A DNA stretch of 45,707 nt from Candidatus Daviesbacteria bacterium (GCA_030648645.1 JAUSHL010000008.1:1-45707), one strand, 5' to 3'. Counted from the stretch's first letter, positions 8,105-16,210 are shown. A program made the numbers and translations. The notes: generated by a model not told the origin, from the sequence alone.

Positions 8105-9814
8105 ATGGCACCACATACATTATTTATACAACTTGCAATAATTCTGGGATTGTCCGCAATCTTGGGTTTTTTAATGAAACTTCTTAAGCTACCTCTTTTA
8201 GTAGCATACCTTTTAGTGGGTGTATTAATTGCCTCGATGCAAATTTTTGATGTTGCAACTTCTGAAGTTTTAACCTTATTACCTGAAATTGGTATGGCTT
8301 TTGTTTTATTTTTTGTAGGTATGGAACTTGATATTAAAGAAATAAAGACTTTAGGTAAGCCGATTCTCGCTGCAGGTATTGGACAAATTTTTATATCCAC
8401 TTTTGCAGGTACTTTATTAGCTTCCGCTTTAGGGTTTCCAATCACTGAAAGCTTTTATTTAGGAACAGCCTTAGCTTTTTCTTCAACAATAGTTGTTGTA
8501 AAACTTTTATTGGAAAAGAAAGATTTAAGCTCTCTATATGGAAAACTTAGCTTGGGAATACTATTATTAGAGGATTTAGTTGCCGTGCTTTTGCTTATGG
8601 GTATGACAGTAAGCAGTTCATTTTTAAATCTTGGATTGCAGGGTAGTTTTCCTCTCTTGGCTCTTCTTGCAAAAGGAGGTTTCCTTTTGCTTCTATCATT
8701 GGTTTTATCCCGCTATGTTCTAGAAAAAGTTTTTGATGCTGTAGCTAGATCAGCAGAACTATTATTTTTATCAGCATTGGCTTGGTGTTTCATCTTTGTT
8801 TCACTTGCCCAATTTCTAGGATTTTCCGTTGTCATTGGAGCATTTTTAGCCGGTATTGCTTTGGCTAATTCATCTTTTCATTATGAGATTCAAGGAAAGG
8901 TAAAACCTCTCCGGGATTTTTTTGTGACCCTATTTTTCGTTTATTTAGGTTCTCAGGTGGTTTTTTCCCAAATATCACAAGTTTTACCTTTAATATTGAT
9001 ATTCTCAATTTATGCTCTTATTTTAAAACCAATCATTTACCTTTTGATATTAGGGCTTTTTGGGTTCAGAAAGCATACAATCTTTCAGACTGCATTAAAT
9101 TTATCTCAAATTTCAGAATTTTCTTTAATTATAATGGTGGTTGGAGTAAATTTGGGAGTTGTTTCTCAGCCAGCTCTTACAGCTATGGCATTAACCGGTG
9201 TGATTTCGATTATTGTTTCATCAATAATGATTTCTTATTCCAGAAGTATTTATAAATTTATGGCTCCTGTTGCTGGATTTTTTGAACATGGTGGAGTAAG
9301 TAGATCTAATGAGCAAAAAAAAATAGAGTTAGAAGATCATGTTATTTTAATTGGAGCAAAATGGATGGGTGGAGAAATCTTAAAGTATTTGAAAAAAGAA
9401 AGAATTCCTTTTTTGGTAGTAGATATCGATCCGGATGTGGTTAGTAAATTAGCAGGGGAGAAGGTACATGTTTTATTTGGCGATATTAGTGATCCAGAGG
9501 TATTGGAATTTTTGGATTTACATAAAGCCAAACTAGTAATTTCTACTACCGATAGTCCTGAAGACAATTTGGTATTGGTGACAGAGTTACGGCGTAAAAA
9601 TGCCCGCGCAGCGATTGTGATTCGGGCAAATGATGTGATGGAGGCAGAAGAGTTATATAAAGCTGGGGCAGGTTATGTAATTTTGCCGGATGTTGTATCA
9701 GGGGATTTTATTGCCACGATTTTAAGAAATCATTGGCCGAATATGAATTTTTTTAAACAAAGACCGGAGATTGAACTTGCTAAACTTGCCAAAAACCACC
9801 TGGCAGGGGAGTAA
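8105..9814 (+). CDS. Kef-type (CPA2) cation:proton antiporter with C-terminal TrkA-N/RCK domain
   Basis: About 12 hydrophobic segments, then the Rossmann-like HVILIGAKWMGGEI ... VVDIDPD. Confidence 0.8.
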   Translation: MAPHTLFIQLAIILGLSAILGFLMKLLKLPLLVAYLLVGVLIASMQIFDVATSEVLTLLPEIGMAFVLFFVGMELDIKEIKTLGKPILAAGIGQIFISTFAGTLLASALGFPITESFYLGTALAFSSTIVVVKLLLEKKDLSSLYGKLSLGILLLEDLVAVLLLMGMTVSSSFLNLGLQGSFPLLALLAKGGFLLLLSLVLSRYVLEKVFDAVARSAELLFLSALAWCFIFVSLAQFLGFSVVIGAFLAGIALANSSFHYEIQGKVKPLRDFFVTLFFVYLGSQVVFSQISQVLPLILIFSIYALILKPIIYLLILGLFGFRKHTIFQTALNLSQISEFSLIIMVVGVNLGVVSQPALTAMALTGVISIIVSSIMISYSRSIYKFMAPVAGFFEHGGVSRSNEQKKIELEDHVILIGAKWMGGEILKYLKKERIPFLVVDIDPDVVSKLAGEKVHVLFGDISDPEVLEFLDLHKAKLVISTTDSPEDNLVLVTELRRKNARAAIVIRANDVMEAEELYKAGAGYVILPDVVSGDFIATILRNHWPNMNFFKQRPEIELAKLAKNHLAGE

Positions 9815-9820
9815 AAATTC

Positions 9821-9849
9821 TTGCATCTATCAAATTAAATTGTTAACAT
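9821..9849 (+). promoter_or_regulatory. sigma70-like promoter of the six-gene operon (TTGCAT-17-TAACAT with TGn extension)
   Basis: Hexamers and spacing read directly. AGAAAGAGGAA ribosome-binding site at 9860-9870, ahead of the ATG at 9876. Confidence 0.5.
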
Positions 9850-9875
9850 AGCCACAATCAGAAAGAGGAACTTTA

Positions 9876-10652
9876 ATGAATGTAGCCATTATCTCTCCAA
9901 CAGCTTATTTGAATGAATTATCATGCTATAGAAAGAATTCCTATCATATGGTACTTGCGCAAAGAGTATTAGAAGATGAACACTATGCAAATTTTTATAA
10001 TCTTTATAAAGGATTTACTATTTTAGATAATGGGGCATGTGAGTTAAAAAGATCAATCCATTTTGAAGCTCTACTAAAAGTTATAGAACTGATTCATCCT
10101 AATGTAGCTGTCTTACCTGATATATTAGGGGACAGTGAAGCAACATTAAAATTAAGTAATTTATTTTTAAATAAAATTAGTCAAAAAGACTGCGAAAATT
10201 TAATTTTTATGGGGGTTTGCCAAGGTCAAACTAAAAAAGAATGGCTAACAAGCTTTAATTTTTTTGCAAAGCACGACAAAGTCAAAATGATTGGAATTAG
10301 CAACACAGAAGCAATGTTTAAAGCAGATAAGAATACTTTCAGCAGAGTACAAACTTTAAAATATTTATTAGATCATAATCTTTTACCTCAAAATAAAAAA
10401 ATACATTTACTTGGTCTTCCTGATTCAGGTCACTTAGAGTTGTTCAAGATGAAACAATATAATTGTGTCGAAGGAGTTGATACAAGTGCACCTGTAGTTC
10501 ATGGAACCGCGGGGATATCATTTAAAGAAAATTTATCATATAAAAAAATTCGACAATATTTAGATTCAGCAACGATCTTAAATAAAAGACAAATTGCGTT
10601 AATAAAACAAAATATTGATGTATTATTTGTATCTTCGGGATATCTATTATGA
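9876..10652 (+). CDS. minimal TGT-superfamily (DpdA-like) transglycosylase candidate, 258 aa
   Basis: ILDNGACE resembles the TDSGGFQ loop. VLPDILGD is also present. HLLGLPDSGHLELF...VEGVDTSAPVVHG resembles LMGVGxPxD...GxDMFDCVxPTRxxRxG. No CxCxxC..H zinc site. Confidence 0.45.
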   Translation: MNVAIISPTAYLNELSCYRKNSYHMVLAQRVLEDEHYANFYNLYKGFTILDNGACELKRSIHFEALLKVIELIHPNVAVLPDILGDSEATLKLSNLFLNKISQKDCENLIFMGVCQGQTKKEWLTSFNFFAKHDKVKMIGISNTEAMFKADKNTFSRVQTLKYLLDHNLLPQNKKIHLLGLPDSGHLELFKMKQYNCVEGVDTSAPVVHGTAGISFKENLSYKKIRQYLDSATILNKRQIALIKQNIDVLFVSSGYLL

Positions 10653-12226
10653 GTAATTTAGAAAGAAAGAGTACTAGAATTTCTTTTGAAGGAGAGAGAG
10701 GAACAGGAAAATCTACATTAGCCCAAATATTCTTAATAAATCAAGAGATTTTGGGTCGAAAAGCTATTATAAATAGACAAGTTGATACTGGTAAATCTAC
10801 GAATCCGTCACATTTAAAGACGTTAGAACTTCATACAGAATGGGAGAAGTTAATTACTGATGGTGAAGAATCCGATCGGGTTGAGTCAATCGCAATGACG
10901 AAATTTCACTATGCTCTTAAATGGTTTATTCAAGAAGAGAACATCTTCACGACTATACGAGAGAGTTGTAATACATTTATTTGTGATAGAGATATCGATT
11001 CTATTGTTTTGTACGCGGCAGTTGAGATGATTATTTCGAATTCTAGAAAGTATCAAACAAATGAATCCAGAATCAATTTAATCAAATCACTTTGGGAAAC
11101 AACAAAATCAGTAAAAGAATTACCAGATATCACTTTCTGTTTTACAAGTAAAGACCATGAATTAACTCTTAAGAGATCATATCTATCAAAAGAATTAACT
11201 CAAGATGAATTTGATTTAAATCCAATCCAAAGAGCATCCCAAGAATTAGCTTCAATTTTGCTCAGTGATGTGGTTAAAACAAGACCGATAGAAGAAGGAA
11301 AGAAAATTTATATGATCAATATAGATGGTAAAAGATTTGATGAGGTAGCTCGTGTAGTTGATATTCTATATTCAAAACCATATTCTCTAATTAAGAAAGA
11401 AATAGATTACCCAATTTTAAGTATAAGAAGCGCAGATTCAAAAAAGCTGATTCCTAAATCTTTGGCGGATTTAATTACTGCACTAGTGGAATCTACAAGT
11501 GGATCTGCTTTTCCATCAAAAGAAGATGTATCATTGGGATTTTCAAATTGTGTATTTTCTAATGCATCATTAGTGTATTGGGCACAAGAATTAAAACTGA
11601 GCAATTTGATTTTTACATCTGTAGAAGAAGACGGAATAACAAATACAAATCCAGTACATTGGGTTACTTTTGAAGTCTTAGATGATGAAGTTGGCAGAGT
11701 GATTGATATTACACCGTTTAATCCTCCGATAATTGGATCAAACGTACGTTTTAAGCAAAATAATGATGTTATACAAATTGCTGAACCATTTGACGGTACT
11801 CGATTAAATTGGAGGCAGTTGAGAATTGATAATCCTCGAATTGCAATAGAACTGATGGAATTAGCAAACTTATCTCAGTTAATACAGCCAGATTATGTAA
11901 TTAATCATGCATATAAAATGTATATGTCTGGCGATAGAGAAGGACATATCGTATTCGCAGGTGTAAGGTTGGTTAGAATGCTTGAGAAATATAACAAAAT
12001 GGATGAAATTTATAAATATATTAAAGAAATGGTTGCTAGTTTTCCAGATAACTTAGTTGTTATTAGAGAAATTACTAGACTTAATAAAGAGTATGATCTA
12101 GAATTAGATGAATTTACAGGAACAATTAAGAGAGCAAGAAATCGAATTGTAAATGCTATAAATATCATGGATAATTTAAATGCTAGGAAATTTAAAGATT
12201 ACTATAAATGGGTTATCGAGAACTAA
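10649..12226 (+). CDS. fusion protein: thymidylate/nucleotide-kinase-like N-domain plus transglutaminase-like Cys-His-Asp fold and helical C-terminus
   Basis: ISFEGERGTGKST P-loop and ICDRDIDSIVLYAA (DRxxxSxxxY) match Tmk. GFSNCVFSNASLVYWAQEL ... VHWVTFEV ... RVIDITP matches the transglutaminase core pattern C..H..D. ATGA overlap with the upstream ORF. Confidence 0.5.
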   Translation: MSNLERKSTRISFEGERGTGKSTLAQIFLINQEILGRKAIINRQVDTGKSTNPSHLKTLELHTEWEKLITDGEESDRVESIAMTKFHYALKWFIQEENIFTTIRESCNTFICDRDIDSIVLYAAVEMIISNSRKYQTNESRINLIKSLWETTKSVKELPDITFCFTSKDHELTLKRSYLSKELTQDEFDLNPIQRASQELASILLSDVVKTRPIEEGKKIYMINIDGKRFDEVARVVDILYSKPYSLIKKEIDYPILSIRSADSKKLIPKSLADLITALVESTSGSAFPSKEDVSLGFSNCVFSNASLVYWAQELKLSNLIFTSVEEDGITNTNPVHWVTFEVLDDEVGRVIDITPFNPPIIGSNVRFKQNNDVIQIAEPFDGTRLNWRQLRIDNPRIAIELMELANLSQLIQPDYVINHAYKMYMSGDREGHIVFAGVRLVRMLEKYNKMDEIYKYIKEMVASFPDNLVVIREITRLNKEYDLELDEFTGTIKRARNRIVNAINIMDNLNARKFKDYYKWVIEN

Positions 12227-12236
12227 TTAATTAACT

Positions 12237-12737
12237 ATGAAAATTGCTACACTTTGTTATTTAATTGATTCAAAAAAGAAAAGAGTTTTATTGGGTAAGA
12301 AAAAATATGGTGGAGCAAAAGGGAAATTAAATGGTTTTGGAGGCAAAGTTGAAACAAAAGATATAACAATCCTTGAGTGTATAAAAAGAGAGTTTTTAGA
12401 AGAAACAGGTATTTCTTTAAATAATCCCAAATTATCAAATGTAGTATTTTTTAATTGGGAAGGAGAAAAAGAGAATCTTGTTGTTTATGTGTATAAATGT
12501 ACTAATTGGAGTGGTGATCCTAAAGAATCAGAAGAAATGACTGCAGATTGGTATAAATTAGATTCTATCCCAATTGGAAAAATGTGGGCATCAGACTCTA
12601 TCTGGTTTCCTTTAGCTATAAAATATTCAGAGTTAATAATAAATTTATACTTTCAACCTAATAAGGATCAACCAAAAGAAGTATCTATAAAATTCAATGA
12701 AAAATTATATGAAAATATCCACGAAAAAACTAACTAA
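12237..12737 (+). CDS. MTH1/NUDT1-like Nudix (d)NTP pyrophosphohydrolase
   Basis: VLLGKKKYGGAKGKLNGFGGKVE..REFLEETGI Nudix box and MWASDSIWFPLAIK. These are close to human MTH1 segments (GRWNGFGGKV, MWPDDSYWFPLLL) as I remember them. Confidence 0.7.
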   Translation: MKIATLCYLIDSKKKRVLLGKKKYGGAKGKLNGFGGKVETKDITILECIKREFLEETGISLNNPKLSNVVFFNWEGEKENLVVYVYKCTNWSGDPKESEEMTADWYKLDSIPIGKMWASDSIWFPLAIKYSELIINLYFQPNKDQPKEVSIKFNEKLYENIHEKTN

Positions 12738-13629
12738 AATTCCATTATATTTAGCAAGGGTATTAGATTCTGATAATAATCAAATTAAATTAGAGCAGCT
12801 CCGCGTAAAAGAATATTCAAAGAAAATTACTAGCCTAAGAGGAACAAGAATAGCAATTATACCATGGAGCGCAGGTCTAGATTCTACTGCATCATTACTT
12901 ATGGCGTTAGAATCAGGTAATCGAGTGATTACTGTAAACTTCAATTATGGACAGCAATACTGGAATAAAGAAAGAGAAACAATAAATAAAATCCGCCAAA
13001 TGATATTTAAAAGATATCCACAGGCTTTAAGCCTTTGGCTACAGCATAAAGAAGTTGATATCTCTTGGCTTGATAAAGCACTGAAAAAAGAGTTTCCAGG
13101 AGAATGGCAGCATATTTTCCCAATGAGAAATTTCACCATATTAATGGAGGTAATGAAAGTTATTCCTATAAATAATTACAAATATAGAGAGATCTGGTTT
13201 AGCTGTGTCCAGGGAGAAATTCCATTTTCAGGTGGTGACAAGAGTATAGTATTTTTAACAGAAGTTGCGAGAATATTTAGTTTAAACAAATTCCTTCTTG
13301 TTCTTCCATTAATTGGGCTCAACAAGACTGATATTGTTAAGTGGGCGCTAAATAAATCTTATAGATTTGAGATCATTAAAGAAACAATATCCTGTTTCAG
13401 CGGGAAAGGAGAAAAACATTGCGGTAGCTGTCTAGCTTGTTTTAATAGATTGGTGGGATATTATTCCGCTGCTGTTGTAAAGAATTGTGGATTTATCCCT
13501 AACTATAATCTACTAAAACCATTTATTGATAAATATAAAAGTGCGTTCAAAAAAGAGAATTATTATTCTCCTTCTCGAAAAAATGATATCTTTAATCTAA
13601 TTTATTTTTTAGAAAATAAAAATTTATGA
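12697..13629 (+). CDS. QueC-like PP-loop ATPase (7-cyano-7-deazaguanine synthase family) with ~50-aa N-extension
   Basis: SAGLDS PP-loop, NFNYGQQ, FPMRN, PLIGLNKTDIV, and zinc site C-x8-C-x2-C-x2-C (CFSGKGEKHCGSCLAC). The start may be the ATG at 12697 or at 12709; both overlap the Nudix ORF. Confidence 0.7.
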   Translation: MKNYMKISTKKLTKIPLYLARVLDSDNNQIKLEQLRVKEYSKKITSLRGTRIAIIPWSAGLDSTASLLMALESGNRVITVNFNYGQQYWNKERETINKIRQMIFKRYPQALSLWLQHKEVDISWLDKALKKEFPGEWQHIFPMRNFTILMEVMKVIPINNYKYREIWFSCVQGEIPFSGGDKSIVFLTEVARIFSLNKFLLVLPLIGLNKTDIVKWALNKSYRFEIIKETISCFSGKGEKHCGSCLACFNRLVGYYSAAVVKNCGFIPNYNLLKPFIDKYKSAFKKENYYSPSRKNDIFNLIYFLENKNL

Positions 13630-14492
13630 TAAGCTTTATTATCCCAAGCTATAAGAGATCACAAGTAATTACAGGAGTTTTAATTGCTTTAAAAAATCAG
13701 ACAATAATTAAAAAAAATCCTTGTGAGATATTAGTAAGTATTGATAATATCGATCCGGAAATTAAGAATTATACTTCATATCTTGAACAAATCCAGAAAA
13801 TATTTACAGATTTTCAATTACAATTAAAGATAATTTTAGTAATAAACAATACACAAGGATTAGTTCTAGCAAAGAACAAGGCGATAAATCTGGCAAAATA
13901 CCCTTATATTATGATGATGGATGATGATTTATATATGGAGGACGATTATGTCGAAAGTTTATTAAAGGATTTAAAGATAAAAGAAGTTGGTGCAGTTTCA
14001 GGCTTTATCGTTTCATATAGACCAGCAATTTCTCATACCCAAAAGTCCGATATTATTAATAATATTTCTCAAATAGATAATCTCCAAACATTACATATTA
14101 AAAAAACAATAGATGGTTGGCGATCGGTATTCGGAAAAAAAGAGCAAGTGATGAACTGGATAAAAATTCGCGATTCTATCCCTCGACAAAAAAGATATAA
14201 TATGGATTATTTAATAAACTCATATCTTTTTAAGAAAGAAGCATTTATAAAGGTAAAAGGATATAATATTAAACTAAATAGTAAGACTTCAGCACATGAA
14301 GAGGTTGATTTTACATTTAGGATTAAAAGATTAGGATATAATCTTATTTTTAATCCACATCATATGATGTGGCATCTTACGGTTGGTAAGGGTGGTATTT
14401 ATAAAGGATTAGATAGAAAATCTAGTAAAAGGGTCTTAGAGGAAGAATATAACGAACAACTTCCCAAATTAATAAGGTCTATATCAAGATAA
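13626..14492 (+). CDS. family 2 (GT-A) glycosyltransferase
   Basis: ISFIIPSYKRSQVI N-terminus and MMDDDLYME DxD motif. ATGA overlap with the QueC-like ORF. Confidence 0.7.
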   Translation: MISFIIPSYKRSQVITGVLIALKNQTIIKKNPCEILVSIDNIDPEIKNYTSYLEQIQKIFTDFQLQLKIILVINNTQGLVLAKNKAINLAKYPYIMMMDDDLYMEDDYVESLLKDLKIKEVGAVSGFIVSYRPAISHTQKSDIINNISQIDNLQTLHIKKTIDGWRSVFGKKEQVMNWIKIRDSIPRQKRYNMDYLINSYLFKKEAFIKVKGYNIKLNSKTSAHEEVDFTFRIKRLGYNLIFNPHHMMWHLTVGKGGIYKGLDRKSSKRVLEEEYNEQLPKLIRSISR

Positions 14493-14514
14493 AACGAATT
14501 ATTATAATTTAAAA

Positions 14515-14769
14515 ATGTGTAGTCCTAAAAAAGTGTGTTGCTTTGTCTGTTATAAAAACTTCCCAAAATCTGTTAAATCTCAGAGATGTAAAACTTGTGG
14601 AGATTTTAAATGTCCGCTTTGCAAAAGTTGCCTTTGCGATTTAACAGTTGGGGAGCAAAGAGTTGCACTAGCAATGATGCGAACTTATAAGCCAATCCTT
14701 GGAAATGATTATGACTTTTCAGTCCATGGAGCGATTGAAAAACGTATTAAAGCTAGTTTGAAAAAATGA
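14515..14769 (+). CDS. Cys-rich zinc-ribbon protein (84 aa)
   Basis: CCFVC..x13..CKTCGDFKCPLCKSCLC gives ten Cys residues in CxxC-type pairs. Last ORF of the operon. Confidence 0.55.
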   Translation: MCSPKKVCCFVCYKNFPKSVKSQRCKTCGDFKCPLCKSCLCDLTVGEQRVALAMMRTYKPILGNDYDFSVHGAIEKRIKASLKK

Positions 14770-14820
14770 ATAAAATATCCACCTCTTGATTTGAGATCAA
14801 TATTTATCTAAACTGAATAT

Positions 14821-15015
14821 ATGGAGAAAATAAGAAATCTACCTGTAACTGTTTTCAATAGATTTAAAAAAGCTATTTTGGTAGTTTTAATTGGAGTAGC
14901 GGGGTTACTTTTAACTTTAGCAGGATTGGGATTAATTACCTTAACTCTTCCATTAATCTTGTATTCAGGTGTAGCTTTATTAATTATGACCGTTCTGTTA
15001 TACATTTTTATGTAA
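14821..15015 (+). CDS. small 2-TM membrane protein (64 aa)
   Basis: ATG start and two hydrophobic helices. The opposite-strand ORF 14808..15044 looks like a shadow. Confidence 0.4.
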   Translation: MEKIRNLPVTVFNRFKKAILVVLIGVAGLLLTLAGLGLITLTLPLILYSGVALLIMTVLLYIFM

Positions 15016-15063
15016 CCCATCGTCGCTAAAGCTATGGTGGGCAAAGAAGGAGGTGTTTAAAAT

Positions 15064-15192
15064 ATGGGATCATTTGGAGGATTTTATAAAGGAGAAAAGA
15101 AAAAGAAAAAACAAGGAGAAAGTAAAAATGTGGGAAGTTTTGCCCCAGTTTTTACTCCACCCGAAGTGATCAAGAAGGGAAAAATTCAGTAG
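15064..15192 (+). CDS. small Lys-rich protein (42 aa, MGSFGGFYKGEKKKKKQ...), absent from the ORF track
   Basis: Near-perfect SD AAGGAGGTG at 15047-15055, 8 nt before the ATG. The stop at 15190-15192 lies 4 nt before the next gene. Confidence 0.5.
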   Translation: MGSFGGFYKGEKKKKKQGESKNVGSFAPVFTPPEVIKKGKIQ

Positions 15193-15196
15193 AGTA

Positions 15197-16210
15197 ATGA
15201 AACGATCTGCCCGGAGAAAATTTAAAAAAAATAAACCAAGCAAGATATTTATTGGAATTGTTGCTTTGGTAATTTTAATTTGCCTGATTATTTTAGGTAA
15301 ATCTATTAGTTTTATTAGCAGTTTAAATAAACCTTTATCCCCGGATAGTGCAGTCATTTATAAACCAACTAATTGGAATGGTAGAGGAGTAATAAACACT
15401 GCAATTCTGGCGGATAAAAATTATATTTTATCTTTTAATCCTTATCAAAAATCTCTTCTGGTTTTAAAAATTCCTGACGAAACATATTTATCGGTGCCTT
15501 TTAATTTTGGAAAATGGAGTTTGGGTAGTGTTTATAAATTAGGTCAATCTGAATCTGCTCCAATGGGTGCTTCGTTGTATAAAAAAACCTTAGAAGAAAA
15601 TTTAGGTATACCAATTAATGGTTATATTATTGATCAAAAAGATAAACAATCTTTTGAAAAAACACTTGAAACTTTACGTCAAAATCCTTTAGAAAATATA
15701 TCCTTTCTACGAAAGGTAAAAACTGACTTGTCATTTTTAGAATACTGGAAACTTTTTTGGTCTTTGAAGGGTGTACGTTTTGATAAGGTGAAAATTTTAG
15801 ATTTAGGTGATTCTGATTTGACATCATGGACAATTTTACGGGATGGTAGTAGGGTTATATCTTTGGATCAAGATGAATTGGACAATTATATTCAAAAATA
15901 TTTTGCCGATTCAAAAATAACCGATGAGGGTTTATCAATTGGTGTATACAATACAACCGATCATTCGGGATTAGCAGAAAAAGCAGCCAGATTAATCGAA
16001 AATATGGGAGGCAGAGTAGTTTTTATTGCCAATTCCAAATCGCATCTTGATCAAAGTATTGTACTTGGAACAAAATCCTATACTTTTGATATATTAAATA
16101 GAATTTTTGGTCAAAATCTATCATCAAAACCTCAAAATTTAGATTCCTCCCGAGCAGATATTAATCTATTCTTAGGTGAAGATTACTTCATGAAGTATAA
16201 TAGTAAGTAG
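15197..16210 (+). CDS. membrane-anchored LytR-CpsA-Psr-like protein with LytR_C domain
   Basis: N-terminal basic stretch plus a TM helix. LVLKIPDETYLSVP is LCP-like. VYNTTDHSGLAEKAARLIENMGGRV is LytR_C-like. Confidence 0.55.
   Translation: MKRSARRKFKKNKPSKIFIGIVALVILICLIILGKSISFISSLNKPLSPDSAVIYKPTNWNGRGVINTAILADKNYILSFNPYQKSLLVLKIPDETYLSVPFNFGKWSLGSVYKLGQSESAPMGASLYKKTLEENLGIPINGYIIDQKDKQSFEKTLETLRQNPLENISFLRKVKTDLSFLEYWKLFWSLKGVRFDKVKILDLGDSDLTSWTILRDGSRVISLDQDELDNYIQKYFADSKITDEGLSIGVYNTTDHSGLAEKAARLIENMGGRVVFIANSKSHLDQSIVLGTKSYTFDILNRIFGQNLSSKPQNLDSSRADINLFLGEDYFMKYNSK

Noticed and set aside
8098-8445. 115-aa minus-strand ORF
   Set aside because: It is antisense to the N-terminal transmembrane region of the Kef-type antiporter, which has strong family features.
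9815-9875. preQ1-type riboswitch ahead of the QueC/TGT-like operon
   Set aside because: The leader is only about 25 nt after the putative -10. It shows no hairpin plus A-rich tail resembling the preQ1 aptamer consensus as I remember it.
9876-14769. Prophage or integrated mobile island explanation for the modification operon
   Set aside because: There is no integrase, no phage structural genes, no tRNA, and no flanking direct repeats next to it. Horizontal origin remains possible but is not shown by this window.
14808-15357. Minus-strand ORFs 14808..15044 and 15070..15357
   Set aside because: They overlap plus-strand ORFs that have better start contexts (a strong SD at 15047-15055). The minus-strand translations are low-complexity.
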